Source of the DNA: an uncultured Actinomycetes bacterium
GTDB taxonomy: Bacteria; Actinomycetota; Thermoleophilia; RBG-16-64-13
Direction: 5' to 3'
DNA: 64,000 bases
Assembly: GCA_963706025.1 (NCBI GenBank)
Contig: CAVPLM010000003.1
Coordinates: forward strand, 160,001-224,000
Program-made: the position numbers and the translations under genes
The notes under the pieces: generated by a model
Seen by the model: the letters and a program-made list of their open reading frames with translations, nothing else
Told to the model about the DNA's origin: nothing
Databases searched by the model: none
In this document: piece by piece, positions 45,210-55,176 of the stretch
How positions within the stretch are numbered: the first letter of the stretch is position 1
How the letters are laid out: every line of letters begins with the position of its first letter

Positions 45210-45869
45210 CTAGGCGGGGACGAAGTAGCCCTTGCCGGGAACGGTACGAATAACGTCCTTGCCCAGCTTGCGACGTAGGTAGGCCACGTGTACATCGACC
45301 GTCTCCAGGGGGATCGACGCGCTGTGCTCTCCCCATACATGCGCGACTATGGTCGCCCTGTCTTGAGCCACACCCGCATGTCGCATGAGGTATTCCAGGA
45401 GTCCATACTCCTTGGGGGCCAGGTGCACGGCCTCACCGTCCTTGCGCACTTCGTGAGTATTGGTGTCGAGGGTGACCTGTCCCGCCTGAAGGAACGGATT
45501 GGATGCCGTACCCCGGCGCCTGAGGAGTGTGCGGACCCGGGCTGCCAATTCCTCCATATCAAAGGGCTTTACCTGGTAATCGTCGGCGCCGGCATCGAGC
45601 CCCTGGACGACGTCCCGCTTGGCGCCGCTCGCCGTAAGGATGAGTACCGGAGAGGCGTTCCCCGCGGTGCGGAGGCGGCGGCACACTTCCAGACCGTGTA
45701 GACCGGGCAGGTCGAGATCGAGGATGATACAGTCATGCTCCTGACGCAGCGCCCGGCGCAGCCCCTCGGCCCCATCGAAGCACACCGAGGCGGCATAGTG
45801 TTCCAGCTCGAGGTATCGCCGGATGTTGTTGGCCAGAGTCCGGTTGTCTTCGATTATGAGGATCTCCAT
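45210..45869 (-). CDS. OmpR-family response regulator
   Basis: IIED, LDLDLPGLHG, GADDYQVKPF, VDVHVAYLRRKL, IRTVPGKGY. Confidence 0.95.
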   Translation of the reverse strand: MEILIIEDNRTLANNIRRYLELEHYAASVCFDGAEGLRRALRQEHDCIILDLDLPGLHGLEVCRRLRTAGNASPVLILTASGAKRDVVQGLDAGADDYQVKPFDMEELAARVRTLLRRRGTASNPFLQAGQVTLDTNTHEVRKDGEAVHLAPKEYGLLEYLMRHAGVAQDRATIVAHVWGEHSASIPLETVDVHVAYLRRKLGKDVIRTVPGKGYFVPA

Positions 45870-46064
45870 CTGGCCTCCCGATCTTTGCCCCAGGTCCGCT
45901 CAGAAGGCCAAGATACCCGAATCTCGCCCGCCGGTCAGCATCGAGCGTTATGTTACGCTCAAGTATAGTCATATGGGCACCTTCGACGACCCCTCAGTAC
46001 CCCGCGCGTCTGCGTCTTCGCTTGCCCTTAGGCGCCCGTCGCAGTCCGGCACGGAGCGTCTGCG

Positions 46065-46153
46065 GCTTCACGCCCTCGAGATGACACCGGGCCCGCCGCG
46101 AAGCGGGCCCGGCATCGACTCAATTCGCGCTGCGAAGCCGAGAAACGCTACTG
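46065..46153 (+). repeat. ~88-bp hairpin-containing block, copy 2 (overlaps the NlpC/P60 stop codon)
   Basis: gcttcacgccctcgagatgacaccgggcccgccgcgaagcgggcccgg...aaacgctactg matches 40144-40231. Confidence 0.9.
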
Positions 46154-47176
46154 CGCAGGCACGAACTTCACGGCATCGGCCACCACGTAGCCGTTGGCTC
46201 CGGTGGCAAAGATGCTGATGCTTCCCGTTCCGGTGCTGTAGCCGGCGCCGAAGTTGTAGCGGCCCAGCGAGTACCAGGTCCCTCCGTTCAGTCGCTGGTT
46301 GATGTAGCGATCGTATTGGCCGGCGGGAGTGTTGACGTGTACCAACGCTACCGAAGCCCGGTTGGAGCCGCTTGTCCAGCGTAAGTAGATGGTGTACGAG
46401 CCGGACGAAGGGAATCGGGGCGTCCAGCGGGCCCAACTGGTGCTGGTGGTGGCAGCCTGCACCTGGTAGTCGTCACCGTAGTACCCGGAGACGCTGGTGC
46501 TGCGTGTCCAGTTGCCGCTCAGGTCCTCCCCACCGGTGCTCTTGGCGGTCGGATTGTCAAGAATGATCCCGGATGTCACCACGGAGTCCCGCCGGCGGGG
46601 TTCGTACTCGCTGCCCAGGTAGCGGCTCACCCTGCGCACGGTCAGGCCGCTGCCGGGAGCCTCGTAGATGATGGGCGAGTTCCAGGTGTCGCCACCGGCA
46701 TAGATGACCACGTGTCCGGAGACGCCGTTGTTCTTGACTAGTACGTCGCCCTCGCGCAGGAGCGAGCGGTCGCTCAGTGCGGACCAGGGTCCCAGGCAGT
46801 TGAAGAAATCGTAGCTGGTGTAGCGGGGGTAGATAGAAGTGTTCTCTCCATCCTCCTCCTGGTAGAGGAGTGTCCGAGGCACTTCCCAACACTTAAGGGT
46901 ATATCCGGAACAGTCGGGTCCGGGGCCGCCGCCCAGGTTGGGAGTCCAGCTCTCCCGGCCCCAACTGTAAAGGGCGCCGATGCCCGACTCCGCCCGGGCG
47001 ATGATCTCAGCCCGAGTCACGCTGGGGATGCCGGCGCGCGCGTCCGATGGCGCAGGACCGAAAAGCAGGCCGACAGCGGCCAGCGCCAGCATGAGGCCGC
47101 CGGCCAGGGCCGCGTGGCGGGAGCCAGTGGAGGTTGGGATGCGGTAACCGGCGCGAGTGTTCGGTCGACGTGTCAT
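46148..47176 (-). CDS. Secreted NlpC/P60-like cysteine hydrolase with C-terminal golvesin/xanthan-lyase-type beta-sandwich
   Basis: YSWG..GPDCSG, GHVVIY; C-terminal GNWT.S....YYGDDY, ARWTP, NQRLNGGTWYSLG, VVADAVKF. Confidence 0.75.
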   Translation of the reverse strand: MTRRPNTRAGYRIPTSTGSRHAALAGGLMLALAAVGLLFGPAPSDARAGIPSVTRAEIIARAESGIGALYSWGRESWTPNLGGGPGPDCSGYTLKCWEVPRTLLYQEEDGENTSIYPRYTSYDFFNCLGPWSALSDRSLLREGDVLVKNNGVSGHVVIYAGGDTWNSPIIYEAPGSGLTVRRVSRYLGSEYEPRRRDSVVTSGIILDNPTAKSTGGEDLSGNWTRSTSVSGYYGDDYQVQAATTSTSWARWTPRFPSSGSYTIYLRWTSGSNRASVALVHVNTPAGQYDRYINQRLNGGTWYSLGRYNFGAGYSTGTGSISIFATGANGYVVADAVKFVPAQ

Positions 47177-48582
47177 GGCTGCCTCGCTTCGGCTTCGGCG
47201 AAGGAATGAACCAGGATGCTGTAGCCGCCTTCGCTTCCCCAGGGCTGGAAGACGCGGCCGTCCGGGGCCACCACGTAGGGCTGACCCAGGTAGACGAACG
47301 GTGAATCGGTGAGCCAGAGAGTGTCGGGAGTCGCTCCGGTGGATCCGGCGCCGGCCCCGGCGCTCGCACCGTCGGCCGGCCCGACTCTGCTCCGCCCACC
47401 GCTTATGACCGGGCCCTCACCCTCGGTCGAGGCCAACCGGGTGAGCACGAGTGACGCCTTGCGGTTACCCGATACCTCGGGCTTGAGCAGACGCGCGCCG
47501 ACGATCACTCCGCCGTTTCCGTCGCCATCCACCGACACCAAGTGCTCGACTTTGCGACCACCGGCCAGGACAGGGCTCGAATCGCCTGTCTGTGCCGCCT
47601 TCAAGGTGGTGGTGTCGAGGTCGAAGAACTTGACCCGGGCATTCCGGCCCGGCTTGAAGGTGACCTGAGCCACACGGCCAAGGCTCCGGTCCATCGGCCG
47701 CCCGGCGACAATGCGGGCAGTCGCCCGGCCCGGTTCGGGCTGCCGGGCCGCCGAGGCGACACCGCCTTGGACGTAGACCCCAGCGTGGGCCAGCAAGAGT
47801 ACCGTCTCGTGCGAGACTTCCAGACACGGACCCTGGTCGGTCGCGAATAGACCGGTCACCACGTCGTTCAACTCCGGGAGAGGCACGGCGCCAAGGTGTG
47901 TCCCCCGCCAGTCGAAGGTGACAAGGCTCCGGTCGGAGTCGCAGTCGAGCACGTACAGCCGATCGTCGTCCACCGCCAAAAACCGTGGAGCTGCAAGCGG
48001 GATGGGCGCCGAGCCGGCCGGCTCTCCGGTCGGGCCTAGGAACAGCAGCCTGCCGTTGACCGAATCGAGCACCGCGATACGTCCGTCGGGCGCTACGGCC
48101 AGTGCCTCCGGACCTCGGGCCAGACCTTCACCTGGTTCCAGGAGGCCGACCTCACCGGGATTGCTTCCCCAGGGCAAGGTGACCAGCAGATCGCCGCTCG
48201 CTGGGAGGCCGGTCACAGAGTCGGTGGCCATGATTTCATCGGCCGCTGTGGTGAGCTGCGCGTCGACTGCTGAAGGTTCGGACGGCGACATGATCGCCGC
48301 CTCCTGGGCGGCGACATTCACCGAGGGCTGTCCTGCCCCCAGGACAAACCCGGGCGTCGCGAGCGCGTACGCCGCGAGCGCGCACAGGCCTGCGCCTGCT
48401 GCCCACGCTATCAGCGTTGCCGGGCGCGGGCTCCTGCACAGGCCTATCCACCGTTCCCGTCGCAGACGAGGCGATGGTGCTCCCGGCACGCGGTCGCCGG
48501 GAGTGGCGCCGCCACTGGGAGGGGCGCCGCCCCTCGGACGGGCGCCGCCACCAGGACGGCGCTTCAGGGTTATTCGGACCAT
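47173..48582 (-). CDS. Membrane-anchored or exported protein with NHL-like beta-propeller repeats
   Basis: TM segment; GPEALAVAPDGRIAVLDSVNGRL, PRFLAVDDDRLYVLD; AGGAGGAG RBS. Confidence 0.6.
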   Translation of the reverse strand: MVRITLKRRPGGGARPRGGAPPSGGATPGDRVPGAPSPRLRRERWIGLCRSPRPATLIAWAAGAGLCALAAYALATPGFVLGAGQPSVNVAAQEAAIMSPSEPSAVDAQLTTAADEIMATDSVTGLPASGDLLVTLPWGSNPGEVGLLEPGEGLARGPEALAVAPDGRIAVLDSVNGRLLFLGPTGEPAGSAPIPLAAPRFLAVDDDRLYVLDCDSDRSLVTFDWRGTHLGAVPLPELNDVVTGLFATDQGPCLEVSHETVLLLAHAGVYVQGGVASAARQPEPGRATARIVAGRPMDRSLGRVAQVTFKPGRNARVKFFDLDTTTLKAAQTGDSSPVLAGGRKVEHLVSVDGDGNGGVIVGARLLKPEVSGNRKASLVLTRLASTEGEGPVISGGRSRVGPADGASAGAGAGSTGATPDTLWLTDSPFVYLGQPYVVAPDGRVFQPWGSEGGYSILVHSFAEAEARQP

Positions 48583-48787
48583 GGTCTCCTCCTTTGCTTC
48601 GAGTGACATCGTGGTCCGAGGCTAAGTAGGGCCGCCAACGAGGGGCCATGAGACCAAGGGTCGGTGTTGGCGCGAGACGGTCGAACCCGCCGGTGCGGTA
48701 CACTGGGTCGCGGCGCGGTCACGTGCCGGCGGGCCGAGGTCGCCGGCGAAAGAGGTCCGTGCCTCGACAGATCCGCAGGGGGTCACC

Positions 48788-49564
48788 TTGATCGTTTTGT
48801 TCTTCGCCGACGTCGTGGGAAAGCCGGGCCGCGAGCTGCTCGCGGCGAGGATCGCCGACGTGCGCGCGCGCTTCCGGGCCGACGCGGTGATCGCGAACGG
48901 CGAGAACGCCACCGACGGCAAAGGCATCAGACCGGCTCATGCGGAAGATCTTCTCGGCGCGGGGGTGGACGTCATCACCACCGGCAACCATGTCTACAGG
49001 CAGCGGGAAGCCTATCGGTACCTCGACGAGCAACCGCGCATAGTCCGGCCCTTCAACTTCCTCGACTCGAATCCCGGCCGGGGCGTGACTGTGGTCGACA
49101 CGCCCGGCGGGCGGCTGGGCGTGGTCAACCTGAGCGGCGATCTCTACCTGTATCCGGCCCGCTCGCCGTTCGAGGTAGTGGACCAGGCTTTGGAAGAGCT
49201 ACACGGGGTGCGCAACGTCGTGGTCGATCTCCATGCCGAGGCGACCAGCGAGAAAGTGGCCATGGGCTGGTATCTGGACGGCCGCGTGAGCGCTGTGATC
49301 GGTACCCACACCCACGTCCGTACCGCCGATGCTCGAGTCCTGCCCGGGGGCACCGCCTATATCACCGACGCGGGGATGTGTGGTCCCCGGGATTCTGTTA
49401 TCGGCGTCAAGAAGGAACTCGTCCTCGAACGGTTCCTGACTCAGTTGCCGGTGCGTTTTGAAGTGGCCGACGGCGACGTGTGGCTGGAGGGCGTGGTCGT
49501 CGAGATCGGTGAAGATGGCCGCGCGCTCCGCATCGAGCCCTTCGAGGTCGGGGCCGACAGCTAG
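48788..49564 (+). CDS. ymdB: TIGR00282 (YmdB-like) metallophosphoesterase
   Basis: DVVGKPGR, NGEN, TTGNH, DLHAEATSEK, GTHTHV, TDAGMCG. Confidence 0.93.
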   Translation: MIVLFFADVVGKPGRELLAARIADVRARFRADAVIANGENATDGKGIRPAHAEDLLGAGVDVITTGNHVYRQREAYRYLDEQPRIVRPFNFLDSNPGRGVTVVDTPGGRLGVVNLSGDLYLYPARSPFEVVDQALEELHGVRNVVVDLHAEATSEKVAMGWYLDGRVSAVIGTHTHVRTADARVLPGGTAYITDAGMCGPRDSVIGVKKELVLERFLTQLPVRFEVADGDVWLEGVVVEIGEDGRALRIEPFEVGADS

Positions 49565-49628
49565 GCGGCCGACCCTCGCCGCCGGACCGTCGTCGTCGGC
49601 CCTCTTCGGCGTCGTTTGCGCGACCCGC

Positions 49629-50270
49629 CTAGTATGCGATGCAGAAACGCTGCCGGATGTGGCGCGGCTCCTCGAGCTCGTCGATCATGGCCACGGCGTA
49701 GTCCTCCACCGAAATGCGGCACTGGCCTTCGGCGTCCATCATCACCTGGTCGCCGCCCAACCGGAACTCCCCGGTGCGTTCCCCCGGAGCCAGCATCATG
49801 GCTGGGCTGAGGAAGGTCCAGTCGAGTTCCGGCTCCTCCCGCAGCAGGTAGAGGAACTCACGCGTGCCCAGCGCGCCGGCCTTCCACTCCTCTGGGAACC
49901 CCGGCTGGTCGATCACCTGCTGCCCGGGGGCGAGCTCCAGGCTGCCGGCTCCTCCCACCACCAGCAGGCGACCGATGCGCGCCTTCTTCGTGGCCGCGAT
50001 GATCGCCTTGGCTCCCGCGACCATGGCCTCGTATTTGTCGGCGGTATCCGCGTCGGGATTGTACGCGGCGATGACGGCGTCATGGCCCGCCAAGAGACGC
50101 GCCAACGCCTCTGCGCTCAGCGCGTCACCCTTGTTGGCCGTAAGGCCTATGTGCGCCGGTAGCCGCTCAGGCCGCCGCACGATGGCGGTGACCTCGTGGT
50201 TGCGACTCAGCGCCTCGTCTAAGATGCGCGAGCCTACGAAACCCGTGGCTCCTATCAAGGCGATCTTCAT
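49629..50270 (-). CDS. NAD(P)-dependent oxidoreductase (putative NADH-flavin reductase)
   Basis: IGATGFVG, VVGGAGSL, DWTFLSPA, ISVEDYA. Confidence 0.9.
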   Translation of the reverse strand: MKIALIGATGFVGSRILDEALSRNHEVTAIVRRPERLPAHIGLTANKGDALSAEALARLLAGHDAVIAAYNPDADTADKYEAMVAGAKAIIAATKKARIGRLLVVGGAGSLELAPGQQVIDQPGFPEEWKAGALGTREFLYLLREEPELDWTFLSPAMMLAPGERTGEFRLGGDQVMMDAEGQCRISVEDYAVAMIDELEEPRHIRQRFCIAY

Positions 50271-50297
50271 CAGCCCTCCCTCCTTTTCACCGGTCTC

Positions 50298-51729
50298 TCA
50301 GATTCGGCCGCTCAGGTCCTGGAACACCAAGCCCGTCGGCAATTTGGGGTAGAAATACGTGGCCTTCTGGGGCATGCGCTCTCCACCGAGGGCGACCTCC
50401 CGGATCTGGTCTAATCCGGTGGGGTTGAGGAAGAACCCTGCCTGGAACTCGCCTGCTTCCAGACGGGCGAAGGCGTCGTCGGGATCCTTGAAGAAGGTCA
50501 CGTGCGCCTCCACGGTCCCCTCTCCGCCCGGGGTCGTGTTGCCGCCCGTGGCTGTGCGGCCGCCCGTAGCCGAGTGGCCGGGGGCGATGCCGAGCGTCTT
50601 CCCCAGGATCAGCGTGGACAGCACGGTGACGTCCAGAAGCTGGTAGGCGGTGCTGTGATCTGGGGCCGCCGCCCGCGCGGCCCCCGGGTCGGCGAGCCGG
50701 AGGCCGTAGGCGCCATCCAACGTGCGTCCCCACAGGCCGAACGCGCCTCGGGGATGGTCCCGGAGATAGGCTGCGATGGCCGCCTGAGCCGTCGGCAGCG
50801 CCGACGGCGCCACCGCCCGCCAGTGGTTCTACTGAGAACACGCCGGCAAGCGACTGAGGCAGGGCCGTCACTGCCTCCGGATCGAGGCCGGAGATCAGCC
50901 GATGGGTACCGTATATGGCCAATCCCGGGTCGGACATGTTGCCGAAATACGCGAGGACGTAGTCGGAGGCATGCAGCCCTTGCCCAAGACCGGGCGGAGC
51001 AGCAGCGGTCTGGGCGCCCGGCGCGCTGTCGGTATCGGGCGCGCGGAGTGTCTTGTAGCGGAGGGCAGTCTCGTAGCGATGATGGCCGTCGGCGATGAAG
51101 AAACGCGTTGCCCCTAGATTCTTGCGTATGGCCTCCAGCAGGCCGGGGTCTGAAGTGGGCCACAGCTTCGTGACCGTGCCTTCCTCATCAGTCACCGTCG
51201 CGACCGGGGCCTGCGTACCCATGGCGCTCTTCCACGCCGCGGTGATCTCATCGCCGGGCAGATCGTAAAGAAGGAAGACGGGGCTGAGGCCCATCGCGGT
51301 CGCGGTCAGCAATCTGTAGCGGTCCTCCTTGGGTCCCGAGAATGTCTGTTCGTGTGGGAAGACCACTCCCTCGTCCAACCCGAAGAGCCGCATGAGGGCC
51401 AAGAAGCCGTGTCGGATCCTGAGGCGGCCGTCGGGGCCCGTGAAGCTCTCTTCCACGAAGGTGACGGAGGGTTCCGCATCCCGGACCAGGATGCCGCTCT
51501 CTTTCCAGCGCGCCAGCTGGTCGGCGGCACGAGTGTACTGGTTGTCGCACTCACTATCGCTGGGCATGGTCATGCCCAGGTCCACTCGGACGACGTTGTG
51601 CCGGCTGCGGTCGTAGAGGCGGGACCGGAGTTCCGGACCGATGACATCGTACGGCGGCGCCACCACCTGGGACAACTCGCCGGCTGAGGGAGCATAGCGC
51701 CACGCGCGAAACGGGATCACGGTCTCCAA
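50298..51729 (-). CDS. DUF1015 family protein (frameshift ~50810)
   Basis: PFRAWRY, APPYDVI, PHEQT, IADGHHRYETA; C-terminus MPQKATYFYPKLPTGL in a second frame. Confidence 0.88.
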
Positions 51730-51945
51730 GCATGCCTCCACAGGTCCGGGGATAGGTGATATGCGGCCCCCGAATGATATCACCGGCCATGGAGTGTACC
51801 GTAGAGGGGCCTCAGGTCGACCCACCCGTTGCCTGCAGGCGTGCAAATCGTTACATTGGGAATAGACAAAAGTACATTCGGTTCAGTGCCGGAAACGGGC
51901 GATCGTCAGGTCTCTCGCCCGGCCTACGAGGGAGAAGGTGCGCTG

Positions 51946-52359
51946 ATGGGTCTGATGGACAAATTGGCCGAGGGTGCTGAACGGGCTGCCAAGGAAGCGG
52001 AAAAGGCATTCGACAAGGGCAAGACCAAGGTCGGTGAGCTACAGGTCGAGATGCAGATGGACGGATTGGCCAAGAAGCTTGGCTACTTGGTTTTCGATTT
52101 CTACCGAGGGCGCCAAGTGGACCAGGCGCTGCGGCAGAAGATCCTTGACGATCTGTCCCGTCTTGAGGATCAACTACTCCGAGCTCGGGCCGAGGCTGCG
52201 GCCAAGGCCCAGCCCGAGGCGGCCGCCGGCGCCGCGGCTGCCGATCCGACCTCGAACCCGGTGGACGTCGAAGCCGACGGCCCGGCTGCCGCGACCGCTG
52301 AAGCGGCCTCGGTGGACGATCCGTCCCCGGTCGCCGGCGACTCGCCACCGATCTCGTGA
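51946..52359 (+). CDS. Hypothetical helical protein
   Basis: MGLMDKLAEGAERAAKEAEK...LGYLVF; GGAGAAGG RBS; low-complexity tail. Confidence 0.7.
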   Translation: MGLMDKLAEGAERAAKEAEKAFDKGKTKVGELQVEMQMDGLAKKLGYLVFDFYRGRQVDQALRQKILDDLSRLEDQLLRARAEAAAKAQPEAAAGAAAADPTSNPVDVEADGPAAATAEAASVDDPSPVAGDSPPIS

Positions 52360-52371
52360 AGGGATGATTCT

Positions 52372-52941
52372 ATGACCGATGAGATCCACGAACTCAGCGA
52401 GGTGGAGCTGGCCAGATTGATGGCCGGCGACCCGCGCGTCCTTTCCCGCTTGGCGGCGGGCGAGCGCATTCGCGCGAAGACTCCCTTCCGATACCCGGGG
52501 CGGCGAGGACCCGTGGTGGTGTATCTGACCCCTGAACCTGGGGACGCGCCGCCCGCGGCGAGCACCGCCGGGCAGCCGGACGCCGCGGTGGGGGGAGGCT
52601 CGGTCTCCGCCCCCGGCGTCACCGCCGCTTCGCGGCCGGTGCGTATCTCCGACGGGGGAGACCTCATCAAGAGCCTCGACGAGCAGGGCATGGACCTCTC
52701 GGTCGACATGATTCTGAGCAAAACCGTCTTTCACGCCGCCAAGCAGATGGAAGGCGGGACCGTCGCCAACGGTCAGATCTGTTTGGATTCCACCGTCGGC
52801 AGGGTGGCCGTTGATCTCTGGCGGTTCCTGCAGTTGGTGGCCGAGATCATCGGTCTGCGCCATTCCAAGTACAAGGATGCCCTGCTGCGGCTCTCCCGGC
52901 GCCAAGACGCACCCGATCTGCTCCACTGGGACGGCCAGTAG
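52372..52941 (+). CDS. DUF1828-like protein
   Basis: KTPFRYP..VVVYL...VRISDGG resembles DUF1828, with an Ala/Pro insertion. Confidence 0.55.
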   Translation: MTDEIHELSEVELARLMAGDPRVLSRLAAGERIRAKTPFRYPGRRGPVVVYLTPEPGDAPPAASTAGQPDAAVGGGSVSAPGVTAASRPVRISDGGDLIKSLDEQGMDLSVDMILSKTVFHAAKQMEGGTVANGQICLDSTVGRVAVDLWRFLQLVAEIIGLRHSKYKDALLRLSRRQDAPDLLHWDGQ

Positions 52942-53015
52942 CTCGACGACCCGGGACTAGCCCGACAGCGGACACGGGACACCGCGGCTCGCGCGATCCT
53001 CCGCGAACCGGGGGA

Positions 53016-53411
53016 TCAGGCCACGGTCGTATAGGTCTCGAAGACCGGCGGGTGGTCGAGGTGACGCTTGACCGTGCACTGCTCGGCCGCCCGGACGATG
53101 GCATCGCGGTATTTCTCCGGAAAACCCGCGGGAAGTCGGATCTCGATGGAGATCTTGCTGATCAGTCCCGCCTCGCGGTCGCTCTCAGTGCGCAGAGTTA
53201 TCCCGGCCCCTTCGGTCGACAGGCCGCGTTGCTGCATGAACGTGAGCACGAAGATGCCTGCGCACGTACCGATGGAGGTCAAGAAAAGATCGAAAGGGGC
53301 GGGCGCGGTCCCCTCGCCGCCTGCATGCTCCGACTGGTCGGTCTCGATCACGAAGCCCTTGTAACGGGCGTGAACCTTCTTGTTGCCGGGGAAGTAGACC
53401 TCCATGTCCAT
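53016..53411 (-). CDS. OsmC family protein
   Basis: GGEGTAPAPFDLFLTSIGTC ... AEQCTVKR. Confidence 0.9.
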   Translation of the reverse strand: MDMEVYFPGNKKVHARYKGFVIETDQSEHAGGEGTAPAPFDLFLTSIGTCAGIFVLTFMQQRGLSTEGAGITLRTESDREAGLISKISIEIRLPAGFPEKYRDAIVRAAEQCTVKRHLDHPPVFETYTTVA

Positions 53412-53524
53412 CAGGATCTCCTTGGGGAGAGTTTGGCACCCGACAGCATAGCGTACGAAGTGGCAGGGTAGACCCCGTCGGAGGTGATCCGCGATGAAAG
53501 GCGGTCAGGGAGTATCAGTGGCGA

Positions 53525-53872
53525 TCAGAAGCTGGCGGGTTCAATACGCTCGGAACGGGCGCGCCTTATCAGGTCGAGATCCCCGCGGCTCGGACCTATC
53601 AGGTCCGGTTCCGGGAGTGTCTCCAATTCGGCAAGCGCCTCCAGCACGCAGGCGAATCCCTCTTCGACGGCCAGGGAAACATAGATCACCTCGGGGCGAT
53701 CGAGGACGGCCATCTGCTCGAAGCCGCAATCCGGACACCAAAGACGGAGTCTCCAGCGGGACTCGTCTTCCCGTTCCCAGTCTGCGGCCTGGACAAGAGG
53801 TGAGGCACACGATCGGCAGAAGATCCGAGGAATGGGATTGCGGGACGTCATGCTGTCAGGACCGTCACTCAC
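53525..53872 (-). CDS. Small zinc-ribbon protein
   Basis: CRSCASPLVQ...WRLRLWCPDCG; start uncertain (GTG 53872 or ATG 53851). Confidence 0.7.
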   Translation of the reverse strand: MSDGPDSMTSRNPIPRIFCRSCASPLVQAADWEREDESRWRLRLWCPDCGFEQMAVLDRPEVIYVSLAVEEGFACVLEALAELETLPEPDLIGPSRGDLDLIRRARSERIEPASF

Positions 53873-54030
53873 GGTGCCTCTGTCTCTCTGCGCCGGCAGG
53901 CCGGCCGCGGTCAATTGCCAGTAGGTGGCCTGGACTGCGCCACAAGACAAGTATCGGCCGGGGGGGCGGCGGGGTTTAGCGAAGAGCAGCAGATGGGCCG
54001 TTCCCGCAGTCTCCCCGGCACGAGCAGGCC

Positions 54031-54816
54031 CTACTCAGCTTCCGTTCCAGACTCCCCCTCATGTGAGGACGACGGTCTCGCCTGCCAGAACGTGGCCAAG
54101 GACACCAGTCGAGCGACGATGGTGATGAGAAAGATCTGCCCGAAGATCGCCTGAAACAGCCCAAGCAGTTTTGCCGGGTACGTTACCGGGACAAAGTCAC
54201 CGAGGCCTACGGTGGTCATGTTGACGAAGCTGTAGTAGTAGAGGTCACCGACAGCCATGGAGTGCCCAGGGGAGGCGGACGGCGCGATGACCGCCTCCCC
54301 GTGAGCCACTGACAGCACCAGGTAGAGAATGGCGAAATCGATGCCGACCAGAAGATAGGCGGACAGTGCCGCCGCTATGGTCTCCCCTGTCACCCGCCGA
54401 GCTGAGGCAATGCGACGAATGATGAGCGGAAAGGCCGCGATGAGCAGCATTACGAAGACAAGACCAGCCAGCGAAGTGACAACTACGCCGAGTACCGAAT
54501 TGCCCAGCCAAACAAGAATCACCGAGCCTGCCACTCCGCCGACGAACGCGATCCAGCCCAGGATCACCCAGACCCGTGAAGCACGTGATGCACGAACGGC
54601 AAGCAAGAGAGACGCCGCTGCCAAGGCCTGGCCGACCCTCCATCCCCACTCATACTCCGCCGCTCCGACGGTGAACACGAGACTGACGAGCAGCAGAACG
54701 AAGAGTGCGTAGTACGAGTCGGCCCCAGACAGCCGGCGTCGGTGACTCACGGCCACCTCAGCCTCCGACTGCCGCTCGGACGTCTCTTCGATGTCGTGCC
54801 TCTTTCTCAGGAGCAA
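54031..54816 (-). CDS. Potassium channel family protein (Ion_trans_2)
   Basis: Multiple TMs; pore YYSFVNMTTVGLGDFVP. Confidence 0.9.
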   Translation of the reverse strand: MLLRKRHDIEETSERQSEAEVAVSHRRRLSGADSYYALFVLLLVSLVFTVGAAEYEWGWRVGQALAAASLLLAVRASRASRVWVILGWIAFVGGVAGSVILVWLGNSVLGVVVTSLAGLVFVMLLIAAFPLIIRRIASARRVTGETIAAALSAYLLVGIDFAILYLVLSVAHGEAVIAPSASPGHSMAVGDLYYYSFVNMTTVGLGDFVPVTYPAKLLGLFQAIFGQIFLITIVARLVSLATFWQARPSSSHEGESGTEAE

Positions 54817-55176
54817 TACCTCCTCCTAGCACCCACGCACGAATTATCATGGAAGCGAGCGCTTGGTCCCGTATCCCGTTTTCGACGTCGGAGCTTCGTT
54901 TCCCCCCGCCGCGCGAGTGGGTGCGACCATGGTCGGGATGGTGTCGAGAGAATTGGCGCATGTGCCATTCGTTCGGCTAAGATGGGCTCGTCATACCCGG
55001 CCGGCCAACTTGCAGACCGGGCTCGACAGGACACGAGTGAGGGCGCGCAAGAAGGCGCACCGCGGAGGGTTCATGGGGCTGAACCGGGCAAGACGAGCCG
55101 GCCTTCATATCGCGTCCATGCTCTGGGGCGGCCTGTTCAGTCCACAGGTGTGGTGATCGTGACCCAGAAGGAGCCC

